From: Candidatus Cloacimonadales bacterium
Lineage (GTDB): Bacteria > Cloacimonadota > Cloacimonadia > Cloacimonadales > JAFGVF01
Reading direction: 5' to 3'
Length of the DNA stretch: 64,000 nucleotides
Assembly: GCA_963677495.2 (NCBI GenBank)
Contig: CAXXOU010000003.1
Span: forward strand, 448,001 to 512,000
Shown here: positions 1 through 10,241 of the stretch, piece by piece
How positions within the stretch are numbered: position 1 is the stretch's first letter
Layout: every line of letters begins with the position of its first letter
The notes under the pieces: model-generated
The model's database searches: none
Told to the model about the DNA's origin: nothing
Seen by the model: the letters and a program-made list of their open reading frames with translations, nothing else
Made by a program: the position numbers and the translations under genes

Positions 1-848
1 ACCAGTAGTAGTTGTTCCATGGGCATTCTGAGCATCTATCTTGTAATAATAAGTTACAGTTTGCTGTAGCATACCACCTAATTCACTATTAGATAATGTT
101 TCTATTGCCGGTCCCATATACAAGATCTCAAGATCATCTTCTTCAGTTCCGAAGTATACTACATTTGACTGGGTTGAAGAGCCGTTTTGCCAGTATAATC
201 CTGAAGTTTTATGAACATCATATGAGTTATTAACAGGATATAAATCAAAAGGCACAACAGGTGCTGTAGCTTCATAGTAATACATTCTAATCGATGGCAC
301 TCGATTAAGGACAATACCTTGTGTCGCTGGAAATGAATTATCACTATTTCGATACTTAAGTCTTGGATTCATATAAGTATTTTTATGATAAAATACCGGA
401 CAGCTCCATTAAAATGACCATCCTCATTAACCCAGATTATACTTAATGAATGGATACCATCGTAAGTATATGGAGTATCTAAGGTAATATTATTCCAGTT
501 ACCATTGAATGCAATATTACCTTCAAACACAAGGTCATAACCGCTACTCTCAGGGGCAGGATAGTTACTATTATCAAAAATCGTATCTACAATTGTCTTC
601 ATATAGATTTTCTGATTCATGAAAGTATAGAAACTAGGATTGTTACTTACGTTATATGCTATCTGATAAATAACTTTTGATTCACCTATCTCATCTTGTC
701 GATAGATTGATTGAGACCAACCATAATCGCAGACACCACATACAGGTGTATCATAAGTCGTTGTATCTTCGGCACCTATCTCTACATAAAGTGCATTTAA
801 GAAAATCGTAGATAATAATAGTGTAATAAATATAAGATGTCTTTTCAT
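1..848 (-). pseudogene. Frameshifted secreted protein (signal peptide, FN3-like region), runs off the window start
   Basis: ORF 848-369 has a signal peptide and ends in a short junk tail. A second frame opens at 408 and has no stop down to position 1 (CPVFYHKNTYMNPRLKYRNSDNSFP...LYWQNGSSTQSNVVYFGTEEDDL...YYYKIDAQNAHGTTTTG). This fits a 1-nt deletion near 400, or a sequencing error. Confidence 0.75.
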
Positions 849-850
849 TG

Positions 851-1567
851 TTATCCTCTCAACTCACTATTAAATAGTTCTTCTAATCCCTCTGATGCTT
901 TCAATTTCAGGTGAAGATCATAAAGAACAGACATATCAGTTGTTTCAGGATTTATCTCAATGCAGTATGCACCATTTTGCTTTGCATACCTTGGCATTCC
1001 CGCTGCAGGCCACACTACAGCTGACGTACCTATACTGATAAATAAATCCGCATTTTGAACAGTTTCAACTGCTCGATTAATTACATTTTCATTTAAACAA
1101 TCCTCAAACCAGACTATATCAGGTCTTAAAAGAGAATTACACTTCCCACATCTATAGCTTTTATAAGTACTATTTTCTCTGTCATCTATTAATCCATGCT
1201 TAGGACATCTCAATCTCCAATGACTACCATGGAGTTCTATTACATTTTCACTTCCGGCTTTCTGATGCATACCATCAATGTTTTGTGTAACTATAGACAC
1301 ATTAAACTCTTGCTCTAGTTTGCTTATAATTTCATGCCCTGCATGTGGTTGACAATCAATTATCAACCCTCTACGCATCTCATGGAACTTAAGAACTTTC
1401 ATAGGGTTTCTGTCATAAGCTCGCTGGCAAGCATACTCCTGCCAATTGTACTCGTGCCAAAGTCCTCCCTTTCCCCGATATGTAAACACACCGGACTCAG
1501 CGGACATTCCTGCCCCTGTAAAGAAAACAATTGATTTGTACTCACCCAATGACTTCGGAAAATCCAT
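851..1567 (-). CDS. cobB: NAD-dependent protein deacylase (sirtuin, Sir2/CobB family)
   Basis: TGAGMSAESG, TQNIDGMHQKAGS, ELHGS, RPDIVWF, IGTSAVVWPAA motifs; start moved to ATG 1567, which has a GGAG RBS. Confidence 0.92.
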   Translation of the reverse strand: MDFPKSLGEYKSIVFFTGAGMSAESGVFTYRGKGGLWHEYNWQEYACQRAYDRNPMKVLKFHEMRRGLIIDCQPHAGHEIISKLEQEFNVSIVTQNIDGMHQKAGSENVIELHGSHWRLRCPKHGLIDDRENSTYKSYRCGKCNSLLRPDIVWFEDCLNENVINRAVETVQNADLFISIGTSAVVWPAAGMPRYAKQNGAYCIEINPETTDMSVLYDLHLKLKASEGLEELFNSELRG

Positions 1568-1574
1568 AGATGCT

Positions 1575-3116
1575 TTAACTCCAATACTTTTTATCCAATG
1601 ATCTATACTGTATAGCTTCACTAATAAAATCGGGTTTTATATCCTTTTCCCCACTTAAATCAGCTATAGTACGTGCCACCTTCAATATTCTATCGTAAAC
1701 TCTTGCTGAGAAACCTGAATAGTCAATAGCTTTTTTTATTAAAATATGACATTCTTCATCTAAGATGCAATATTTTCTCAGCATTTTAGAGCTCATTTGG
1801 GCATTACAAAAGATGTTATCACCTTTAAAGCGATCTAACTGTATCTGTCTCGCTTTATTCACTCTTTCTCTGATATGTATCGATTTTTCTCCAGCAGGCT
1901 TAGATTTAAGCTCCTGGTAACTAACAGCAGGCACCTCAATATGAATATCTATTCTATCAAGCAATGGACCTGATATCCTAGCTCGATATCTTGTTATCAT
2001 AGGATAAGTACAATTGCATGTATGACCCGGTATTGAACAACCGAAATAGCCACAAGGACAGGGATTCATCGATGCTATCATCATGAACTGAGCCGGGAAC
2101 GCAAGACTCTGAGCTGCTCTGGAAATGGATACAATCCCATCTTCCAAAGGCTGTCGTAGCACTTCAAGAGCATTCTTCTTGAATTCAGGCAATTCATCCA
2201 AAAACAGAACTCCATTATGCGCTAAGGAAACTTCACCCGGTTTAGGAAAAGCACCACCACCAATTAACGCGATATCACTAACAGTGTGATGTGGTGACCT
2301 GAATGGTCTTGATGTAACTATTCCCTCTTTCATCTGGGAAGACAAACCGGAAACAGAGTGAATCTTTGTTGTTTCGATTGCTTCTTCCAATGTTAAATCA
2401 GGTAGAATAGTTGGTAACCTTCTTGCTAGCATTGTCTTTCCGGAGCCCGGAGGACCTACCATTATTAGATTATGTCCACCTGCAGCAGCAACCTCCAATG
2501 CTCGTTTTGAGAAATACTGCCCCTTTACATCATACATATCTACATTGAATGAGTTTAAACTATTAAACAGCTTTGTCTTATCTATGTGGTAGGGTTCTAT
2601 TTTGATTCCACCTTCAATGAACTGTACAGCTTCGATAAGTGAATCTACAGGATAAACATCCAATCCCTCAACAATAGCTGCTTCTTTCGCATTTTCAGAT
2701 GGAACAATCAACCCTCTTATGTTCTCTTTTGCAGCTTGAACAGCTATTGGCAAGACACCTTTCACCGGACGCAATGAACCATCAAGTGAGAGTTCTCCAA
2801 TAAGTGCATATTCATTAAGTCTTTGGGGTGCCATCACTTTCAAAGTTGTTAGCAAAGAGATTGCAATAGGTAAATCTAATGCCGAACCGTCCTTCTTCAC
2901 ATCAGCGGGAGCTAAGTTAATCGTATATTTAAGATTAGGTACTCGCCAACCACTATTTCTAATGGCTGCACATACTCTGTCCTTACTCTCCTTTACACTA
3001 TTTGTTGCCATTCCCACAATAGTGAATTGAGTTTGTCCTCCTCTGGAATCACTCTCAATTGTAATCCTGATCGCATCAATGCCTATGGTTGTATATGAAA
3101 CTGCCCTTCCTAACAT
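1575..3116 (-). CDS. comM: YifB/ComM family Mg-chelatase-like AAA+ ATPase
   Basis: INLAPADVKKDGSALDLPIA, GPPGSGKTMLARRL, RPFRSPHHTVS, GEVSLAHNGVLFLDELPEF, MNPCPCG. Confidence 0.93.
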   Translation of the reverse strand: MLGRAVSYTTIGIDAIRITIESDSRGGQTQFTIVGMATNSVKESKDRVCAAIRNSGWRVPNLKYTINLAPADVKKDGSALDLPIAISLLTTLKVMAPQRLNEYALIGELSLDGSLRPVKGVLPIAVQAAKENIRGLIVPSENAKEAAIVEGLDVYPVDSLIEAVQFIEGGIKIEPYHIDKTKLFNSLNSFNVDMYDVKGQYFSKRALEVAAAGGHNLIMVGPPGSGKTMLARRLPTILPDLTLEEAIETTKIHSVSGLSSQMKEGIVTSRPFRSPHHTVSDIALIGGGAFPKPGEVSLAHNGVLFLDELPEFKKNALEVLRQPLEDGIVSISRAAQSLAFPAQFMMIASMNPCPCGYFGCSIPGHTCNCTYPMITRYRARISGPLLDRIDIHIEVPAVSYQELKSKPAGEKSIHIRERVNKARQIQLDRFKGDNIFCNAQMSSKMLRKYCILDEECHILIKKAIDYSGFSARVYDRILKVARTIADLSGEKDIKPDFISEAIQYRSLDKKYWS

Positions 3117-3138
3117 AATACCTCCTGGTACTTCTGTT

Positions 3139-4413
3139 TTACTCCTTTTTTAGTTTACTCCACCATTTAAGACGTTTCTCAATCTCTTTCTCGAATCCAA
3201 ACTCTGAAGGCACATAGAACTCCTGTTCCTCCATCTTATCCGGGAAACACTTTTGATACGCATATGCATTTTTGTAAGCATGGGCATATTTGTATTCTTT
3301 ACTATATCCTAAATCTTTCATCAACTTAGTTGGGGCATTTCTTAAATGCAAAGGCACTCCCATAGTGCTTGTCTTCTTTGCTAACTCTGCTGCCTGTTTG
3401 TAGGCGGTATAACAAGCATTGCTCTTGGGTGCAGTAGCAAGATAAACAACAAGCTGAGTAAGGGCAACATTTGATTCCGGCATTCCAAGCATCTTGATTG
3501 TATCTTTGACTGCAATTGCTTGAAGCAAGGCATTCGGATCTGCCAATCCCACATCTTCGGAAGCAAACCTAATCAACCTTCTGACTAAATACATTGGGTC
3601 TTCACCAGCCTCCAACATACGCGCAAGCCAATAAATACCGGCCTGAGCGTCGCTACCACGTAAAGATTTATGCAATGCTGAGACAAGATTATAATGCTCC
3701 TCCCTATTCTTATCATAAAACATTGCTTTTCTTGTGAGAATTTTACTAATCAATTCAAGTTCTGGTTCATCTTCACTACGAAGATAAGGCAGGATAGCAT
3801 CAAGATAGTTCATCACCTGCCTGCCATCTCCCCCGCTTACATCCGCAAGATAAGCAACTATTTCATCAGAAGCTGTCACTTCCAGCTTATCAAGTGCTTG
3901 TTTGATAATCTCGGTTAAGCTTTCAACAGTGTGCATCTCAAGCACGAAAACATGACATCTTGATAACAATGCAGGAATCACTTCAAAAGATGGATTCTCT
4001 GTAGTTGCACCAATAAGGATGATAGCACCTGACTCTACAAATGGTAGAAAGGCATCTTGTTGTGACTTGTTAAATCTATGGATTTCATCAATGAATAGTA
4101 TCGTACTCTTCTTATGTACTTTGAAATGGTAATCAGCTTCCTGCATCACCTGACGCACCTCTTTGATTCCGGAAAGCACAGCACTAAAATAAATAAAGTC
4201 CTGCTCACAGCTCTTCTCTACAAGCTTTGCAATCGTAGTCTTCCCACATCCGGGTGGTCCCCAAAGAATAAATGAGCTGTATTTACCCGTATCAAGCATC
4301 TGCCTGAGTAAAGAACCTGACTCCAGAATCTTGTTCTGACCCTTGATCTCTTCAAGTTCTACAGGACGCATACGCTCAGCCAATGGTACATTTCTATCTA
4401 ATTTTTGTGACAT
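3139..4413 (-). CDS. rarA: Replication-associated recombination protein A (RarA/MgsA)
   Basis: [56 protein letters not shown]; start moved to ATG 4413. Confidence 0.95.
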   Translation of the reverse strand: MSQKLDRNVPLAERMRPVELEEIKGQNKILESGSLLRQMLDTGKYSSFILWGPPGCGKTTIAKLVEKSCEQDFIYFSAVLSGIKEVRQVMQEADYHFKVHKKSTILFIDEIHRFNKSQQDAFLPFVESGAIILIGATTENPSFEVIPALLSRCHVFVLEMHTVESLTEIIKQALDKLEVTASDEIVAYLADVSGGDGRQVMNYLDAILPYLRSEDEPELELISKILTRKAMFYDKNREEHYNLVSALHKSLRGSDAQAGIYWLARMLEAGEDPMYLVRRLIRFASEDVGLADPNALLQAIAVKDTIKMLGMPESNVALTQLVVYLATAPKSNACYTAYKQAAELAKKTSTMGVPLHLRNAPTKLMKDLGYSKEYKYAHAYKNAYAYQKCFPDKMEEQEFYVPSEFGFEKEIEKRLKWWSKLKKE

Positions 4414-4642
4414 ATTCAAACAAAATATGAAAGCATAAAAAAGTCCAGTTTTCTTTCTGTGTGTACTAGTTTCCTCTGCTATAAACCTTTGGATTAACCT
4501 GTCGTCCATCACCACTTTGAAGATCTGCTATCCGAACCTTTGAAATGTTCAAAAACCTTACAAATGTACAAATCTAAGGAAGAAACACCCCACCGTTAAA
4601 ACGGTACCCCTCCAAGAAGGGAATTGTGCTTAGCTCGCAAAA

Positions 4643-4667
4643 CAGACAAGCTGGCAACATCACCTAC
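4643..4667 (-). repeat. GTAG-type REP-like element (copy A)
   Basis: Reverse complement GTAGGTGATGTTGCCAGCTTGTCTG; similar copy at 15745-15769. Confidence 0.6.
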
Positions 4668-4760
4668 GAGGTCACCGTTTGCAAGGTTTTCAACCATTCC
4701 AAAGGTGAGTGGCTGGCTTGTTCTACTGATTACTCTTTCCTTCATCTTCCAGCAGTAATT

Positions 4761-4815
4761 CTTGGTAGACACTTGGTAAACCCTTGGCAAACACTTGGCC
4801 TATTCTTGGCCTAAT
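4761..4815 (+). repeat. 5 x 11-bp imperfect tandem array
   Basis: cttggtagaca/cttggtaaacc/cttggcaaaca/cttggcctatt/cttggcctaat, preceded by TAATT. Confidence 0.85.
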
Positions 4816-5007
4816 TGCCAAGATTTAACCAACTTATCACCAGGATAAAACCAATTTTATATCACTAATTACTGCTGAGAGAAGCGATGTGGATAAGAGT
4901 AGTAATGGACAAAAGTCTGAAATCCACAAGCGATTCAAGGGATGACACCTGGTTCTACCAGACTTTTGAACACAAAAGCCCATAAATATCAGTTTGTGAT
5001 GATACAT

Positions 5008-5254
5008 GTCACCCTGAGCGGAGTTCAATGTAGTGAAACGAAATGAACGAAGTCGATAGGGTCGCTCGGATGACTTTAGTGGATTAACGTTCAGAGTATT
5101 GACTTATCTTTAGTTTTAGCTTCAGGGATAAGCTCATCTTAAGCTGGGAGACTAAAGTTTTCGGAGAGGTAAATAGTTGCTCGCCTTCGGCAAGCGAGCT
5201 CCTCCCGATGGTCGTCGGTTCGACTTCATTCGTACCTCATTTCGCTCAAGATGA
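5008..5254. repeat. Inverted pair of GTCA-type palindromic repeats (REPIN-like)
   Basis: gtcaccctgagcggag...gaagtcga at the left end; tcgacttc...ttcgctcaagatgac at the right end (reverse complement gtcatcttgagcgaa...gaagtcga). Confidence 0.6.
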
Positions 5255-5413
5255 CAGCAGGATACTCGAACTTGTTAAAGCTACGACTTGATAAATCTTC
5301 TCGACAGGTGTTCTCAAAAGAGTCGTGCTTTGTGTTACTTTCACCTAAAAAGATAAATTACTTTACATGAAACAGCTCATAATGATAATAGAATGTTTGC
5401 AAAGAGGTGAATT

Positions 5414-6622
5414 ATGATAATTAAAACTAATATATTGAACCCAATTGATAGAGAGACCTGTGAGTATAAGAGAGATGTTTATCTTACTCTAGCAGGAGGA
5501 AAGATAATATCAATAACAGATAGAATATCCGGTAAATTACCATATCATGACTACAGTGAATTTATATGTCTTCCTGGGATGATCGATTGTCATACTCATC
5601 TTTCACAATGGCGTATTAGAGGACGTTATAAAGATAACCTACTGGAGTGGTTGGATAGTTATGTGTTTCCAGAAGAGGGAAGATCATTTAATCCTGAATT
5701 TGCCAGAAAAACAGCTATAGATTTCTTTAGAAATCTGATATTGAACGGTACTACTACTGCTGCTGTTTATGTCTCAGCCTCTAAACTAGCTACTGAAATT
5801 GCCTTTGAAGAGGGAGTTAAATCAGGACTTAGACTCATCATGGGACAGGTTCAAATGGATAGAAATGCACCAGATTACCTACTACAAGATACAGAAGAAA
5901 GTCTGACTGATGCTGAGGAGCTTTGCCATAAATGGAACCAATTCACACCATTGATGCATTATGCCTTTACTCCTAGATTTGCTATAACATGTACAGGAGA
6001 ACTGATGAGTGGAATTAGTACTCTATCTGAAAAATATCATGCAAGAATTCAAACTCATCTTTCCGAGAATCTTAATGAACTGAAGAAAGTTGAAGAACTG
6101 TTCCCTGACTGTGAGAATTACACAGAAGTGTATGATAAGCATGGTTTGGTTACACCTCGAACTATCTTTGGTCATGCAATCCACTTATATGACTCAGAGG
6201 TTAAACTCTTAGCTGAGAAGGGAGCTAGAATTGCTCATTGTCCTGACTCGAACTTCTTTCTAAACTCAGGTCAATTCAAACTGGATAGGTTACAGAGTGC
6301 AGGTTTAGAGATTGGTCTTGCTTCTGATGTTGCAGCAGGAACTACATTGGACATGTTCTACCATCAGCGAATGATGCTTTATAGACAAAACACAGGGTTG
6401 TTAAGGCTCCCAGAGCTGTTCTATACTGCTACTTTAGGTGGAGCTAGAGCACTTAACCTCGAAGAGGAGACAGGCTCAATAACTGTTGGTAAGTCTGCTG
6501 ATTTAATCTTCATGGATATTAAGAACACAAAGAATGCTGATAGTATTCTTTCGGAGTTAATCTTTATATCACCATATCCATCTGTAAGCAAAGTAATGGT
6601 GGCAGGAAAAGAGGTTACTTAA
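5414..6622 (+). CDS. guaD: Guanine deaminase (amidohydrolase family)
   Basis: PGMIDCHTHLSQ, LLEWLDSYVFPEE, TPRFAITCT, IQTHLSEN, HCPDSNFFLNSG, GLASDVAAG. Confidence 0.88.
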   Translation: MIIKTNILNPIDRETCEYKRDVYLTLAGGKIISITDRISGKLPYHDYSEFICLPGMIDCHTHLSQWRIRGRYKDNLLEWLDSYVFPEEGRSFNPEFARKTAIDFFRNLILNGTTTAAVYVSASKLATEIAFEEGVKSGLRLIMGQVQMDRNAPDYLLQDTEESLTDAEELCHKWNQFTPLMHYAFTPRFAITCTGELMSGISTLSEKYHARIQTHLSENLNELKKVEELFPDCENYTEVYDKHGLVTPRTIFGHAIHLYDSEVKLLAEKGARIAHCPDSNFFLNSGQFKLDRLQSAGLEIGLASDVAAGTTLDMFYHQRMMLYRQNTGLLRLPELFYTATLGGARALNLEEETGSITVGKSADLIFMDIKNTKNADSILSELIFISPYPSVSKVMVAGKEVT

Positions 6623-8684
6623 CTCTGATAATCTTACCTGATTGGTTACCTGAATCTGTCTTAATACTGTAGAAATATACACCTGATGGAGATGCACCTA
6701 AAGCTTTCGTATCCAACTTATATTCTCTTTGATTAAGCTCATCACCTTTATAGACTAATCTTCCTTTAATATCATAAATCTCTATTTTTCTGATAAGCTG
6801 ATTCTCAGACTTAACGTACAAGTTTTCAGCAAAAGGCATCGGGTATAGCTGTAGTGATGTTGCCGGTTGTACTTGCTCATCAATAGAAATCGCATTATCG
6901 AACTCAACAGCCCCTATATCTATGAAGTTATCAACTATTCTCTCGTTTCCATGGAAATCTGTTTCAGGAATCATAAGGTACTGAGGATTCAATGTACCTG
7001 CATTTATAGCTAATGATACTTGATTTGGCATATAGTAGTATTCTTCTTCTCCCAAAAATCCTGTTGAAGCATTAATGTTTGTGCCATCTGCAATCGCCTG
7101 ATTCACAAGGTTGTACTTCGTATAGAAAGGCTTACAGTTAACTAATTGCATATCTTCAATATATGCTGTTGTGTTATTTGTTACAATGTTATTGTAGAGC
7201 AATGGCTTTGAGTGAAAAGCATGTATAGCAGATGTTTTATAGTAAGTATCAGGGTTGATTACTGCATTGTTTGTAATAGTGTTGTTTAAGAGTTTAGGAA
7301 ACGCATAGTCAGCTCTCAAGAATGAGCCACTAACAAGTGCATAATTGTTGTATGCGACGTTGTTAGTAATTCTGACTGCTGATTCTTTAAAACAGGCAAT
7401 AACTGCACCATTACTTGCCAAGTTTTGCGTAAAAGAACAGTTCTCTATTGTTAACTTATTGAAGCTCTCAACATAAAATACACCACCATGCCCGGAATAA
7501 GCTTCACCTTCTATTGCTATATTCTTACTATTTGCAAAGTCACAATACTTGAAACTGGATGCTTCGTTTTGCTCAGAAGTATTATTAAACCTAATACCAT
7601 TCCAAGCAAACTCAGTATTCTCGTCAGGAGTGAAACTGGCACTACTCATGTGGTTGAAGTCAATCCTATTCTCGGGAGTACCTTCTGCAATAATTGCACC
7701 TTGGACATCTATATGATAATGTCCGGTAAACATGATCGTTGCACCCGGCTCTATGATAAGTGTGCTTCCTGATTCTATTGTGAAATCACTATCAATGTAG
7801 TGGATACCACCATCCCATACCGTATCTTCGGTAATGTTATCAATTCTAGCATTAGTTTCTGTTGGCAACACAAATGACTGGCATCCATAATCTGTAGCTG
7901 CGGAGTTCTGCTGATGACTAAAATTACCGTTAAAAGGATCAATAAGTTCAGGATCAAGACCAGAGATATTACTTGCTTCCGTACCGGAACCCGGCCACGG
8001 ATAAGGCTCGAATCAGCCATAATCGCAATACAATGTGAAGTGATATAATGGGTTTTGGTTTATTGCATCCCTAGAGAAGTAGGACCAGTTATCGTAGATT
8101 TGAGATGCAGGATTTGATGTACCTTGATAACTTATAGCAAAATTAGCACCAGTAGTTAAGAATACGTTTTGTTCACTGTTATATTGCAGAAAGTCATCTC
8201 CTGTGTTAACAGCATTAAAGAAGATATTGTTTCTAATTGTAATATCGTTTCCACAAGCTAAGGTTCTAATTGCATAGTCATCATTGTTATAGAAAGTAAC
8301 ATACTCAACTAAACCTGAAGGATATATTTCACTACCCGAGGATGAATTTCCATAAAACCTAAGATTACCATTGATTATAACACAATCCAATATCTCGAAC
8401 TGGATATCTGTATAAGCAATCATGATTCTTTCATGTTGTAAATCAATGACAGCACCATTCCCTATAATTTTAGTATTTACTCCAAAGTCTCCGTAAAAGA
8501 TGTCAGTCTCATTATCGAAAGTTTGCCCGAGATGCAATCCACCATAGTATGTAACACCTTGCTGAAGCACAACAAGTTTATCAAATCCTTCACCGGATCC
8601 GGCTGCATCATATGCCTCTGAAAGACGTATACTATTTAAACTTAAAGCAATTAAAGATATTACGACCAGCATTAGTTTTCTCAT
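6615..8684 (-). CDS. Secreted right-handed beta-helix protein with C-terminal T9SS-type-A/FlgD-like sorting domain; in-frame TGA at 8013-8015, candidate selenoprotein (~689 aa)
   Basis: ORFs 8696-8013 and 7871-6615 are in the same frame, and the 47 codons between them have no stop (FEPYPWPGSGTEASNISGLDPELIDPFNGNFSHQQNSAATDYGCQSF). The signal peptide is only on the first part and the sorting domain (LYPMPF...IYDIKGRLV...SGVYFY) only on the second. A SECIS-like hairpin follows the TGA. Confidence 0.75.
7978..8001 (-). promoter_or_regulatory. Putative bacterial SECIS element
   Basis: TCCGT-G-GCCGG-GTT-CCGGT-ACGGA hairpin starting 11 nt after the in-frame TGA; the apical loop starts with GU, 22 nt after the TGA. 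Confidence 0.65.
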
Positions 8685-8686
8685 AA

Positions 8687-9613
8687 TCACTCCCAAATTG
8701 CAACTTCAATCAGACCACTACTATCAGCTTTTCCTCTAAACATCCCTAATGAGTTATAAGGCATTACAATAGTTCCATTGTTGTCAATGGCTATGAATCC
8801 TCCAGCTCCATCAGGAAGCTCACCAATAGTATAATCAGCAGCATCTTCAAGTCCTAATCCAAGATATGTCATCTTAGCATGAATATCATAAGCAGTACAG
8901 CCGGTCATAAATAGCTCTCCGATTCCTGTGCAAGAAACAGCACATGTTTCATTGTTCGCATAAGTTCCTGCCCCAATAATTGGAGTATCACCGATACGCA
9001 TGAATTTCTTGTTAGTCATTCCACCGGTCGAAGTAGAAGTTGCAAGGTTACCTTTAATATCCAACGCAACAGCACCAACAGTACCGAGTGAGACATTGCT
9101 ATCAGCGGTATGATCAAGAATAATCTTACCTTCTGATTTTGCCTTTAACCAAGCATTATACCGATATTCAGTATCAAAATAGTAGTTCTCTACCTGTTCA
9201 AGTCCGTGTAGACTTGCAAACTTATCTGCTCCATCTCCACATAGTAAAATATGCTCGGATTCTTCCATAACTTTTTTTGCAAGTAGGATAGGATTCTTAG
9301 TAGTTTTCACTCCTGTAACTGCTCCACACTTAAGATTATTACCATCCATAAGCGAAGCATCCAACTCATGTTTTCCATCTGCATTATATACAGCTCCCAC
9401 ACCGGCATTAAATAACGGGTTGTCCTCCATGGACCTTACCGCTTCTATCGTTGCATCCAAAGCTGTACCACCACTTTTCAAAACCAATACACCTGCTTGA
9501 AGAGCTTCAGTTAAGCCAATCTTATAGGATTCTATTCGTTCAGGGTCAGTACTTCTACTGATTACACCGGCACCACCATGTATTGCTATTGCGTATTTAC
9601 TAATCAAACTCAT
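8687..9613 (-). CDS. iaaA: Isoaspartyl peptidase / plant-type L-asparaginase (Ntn hydrolase)
   Basis: IAIHGGAG, EDNPLFNAGVG, GTVGAVALD (Thr nucleophile), TSTGG, RIGDTPIIGAGTYA; start ATG 9613 with GAGGAG RBS. Confidence 0.93.
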   Translation of the reverse strand: MSLISKYAIAIHGGAGVISRSTDPERIESYKIGLTEALQAGVLVLKSGGTALDATIEAVRSMEDNPLFNAGVGAVYNADGKHELDASLMDGNNLKCGAVTGVKTTKNPILLAKKVMEESEHILLCGDGADKFASLHGLEQVENYYFDTEYRYNAWLKAKSEGKIILDHTADSNVSLGTVGAVALDIKGNLATSTSTGGMTNKKFMRIGDTPIIGAGTYANNETCAVSCTGIGELFMTGCTAYDIHAKMTYLGLGLEDAADYTIGELPDGAGGFIAIDNNGTIVMPYNSLGMFRGKADSSGLIEVAIWE

Positions 9614-10241
9614 ACTCCTCATCGAAATCAAAACGCTTATCAATTTCCTGCTTTGCTGAATGATATGAAAAGCCTTTCCTAATCAAGAATTCAAGACACT
9701 TCTGTTTATGCTTTCGCTTATCTTCAGTTCTATATCGTCTAAAAGCATAATCTGCTTTCTCTTTTAGGTTCTCTGACTCAGCAGAAGCATCATAATACTC
9801 ACTAAGAGCATAGTCAATATATTCAGGACTAATTCCTTTCTCTTTAAGCTTGTATCGAAGCTCTTTTCTACTAAGCTGACTATCTCTTCCTGAGATTACA
9901 AACATCTCAGCAAAGCGTTTGTCATTGAGGAATTTCTTTTCAAGACAGAAATCTATCAGTTGCTTTGAGAACTCATATGATAATGGTAACTCTTTTAGAA
10001 ATGTCCTTGCTTCTTTAAGAGAACGGTCTCTATAGGAAAGGAAACGGAACAGTCTCTCTCTACCGTAACGCAGCACTTCAGTCTCAAAGTCATCTATATT
10101 GTATTCACTAATCGCAAGTACACCATCATTGTCGATGAATCGTCTTAATATTTTGCCTGATAAAGTACCAATAGCCTTTCCATCACCAAATATGATATAG
10201 ATGCTCTTCTTTCCGTGTTTAAGTTCAAATGTATATTGCAT
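9600..10241 (-). CDS. recX: RecX regulatory protein
   Basis: Directly downstream of recA; FLSYRDRS, FLNDKRFAEMFV, LKEKGI, FLIRKGFS. Confidence 0.85.
   Translation of the reverse strand: MQYTFELKHGKKSIYIIFGDGKAIGTLSGKILRRFIDNDGVLAISEYNIDDFETEVLRYGRERLFRFLSYRDRSLKEARTFLKELPLSYEFSKQLIDFCLEKKFLNDKRFAEMFVISGRDSQLSRKELRYKLKEKGISPEYIDYALSEYYDASAESENLKEKADYAFRRYRTEDKRKHKQKCLEFLIRKGFSYHSAKQEIDKRFDFDEEYEFD

Noticed and set aside
4414..4515. N-terminal extensions in the ORF track (rarA, cobB, iaaA, wzx, ATP-grasp 45728)
   Set aside because: The extensions overlap upstream genes or non-coding DNA; downstream ATGs match where family homology begins and mostly have RBS motifs.
4761..4815. CRISPR array
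   Set aside because: Units are 11 bp, contiguous and have no spacers; no cas genes in the window.
4596..5028. Short ORFs in repeat-rich intergenic regions (also 12649-12849, 15558-15779, 21706-22039, 28489-29110)
   Set aside because: They overlap REP-like or 11-bp repeats, and I saw no recognisable domains or clear RBS.
8013..8015. Genome-wide UGA reassignment (code 4 or 25) as the explanation for the in-frame TGA
   Set aside because: Conserved genes in the window (thpR, iaaA, mnmG) end at TGA at their expected C-termini, and other long ORFs are not broken by TGA.
7775..8020. 81-aa ORF bridging the two halves of the beta-helix gene
   Set aside because: Different frame and no recognisable motifs; the read-through frame over the same DNA has family-typical sequence (DPELIDPFNGNF).
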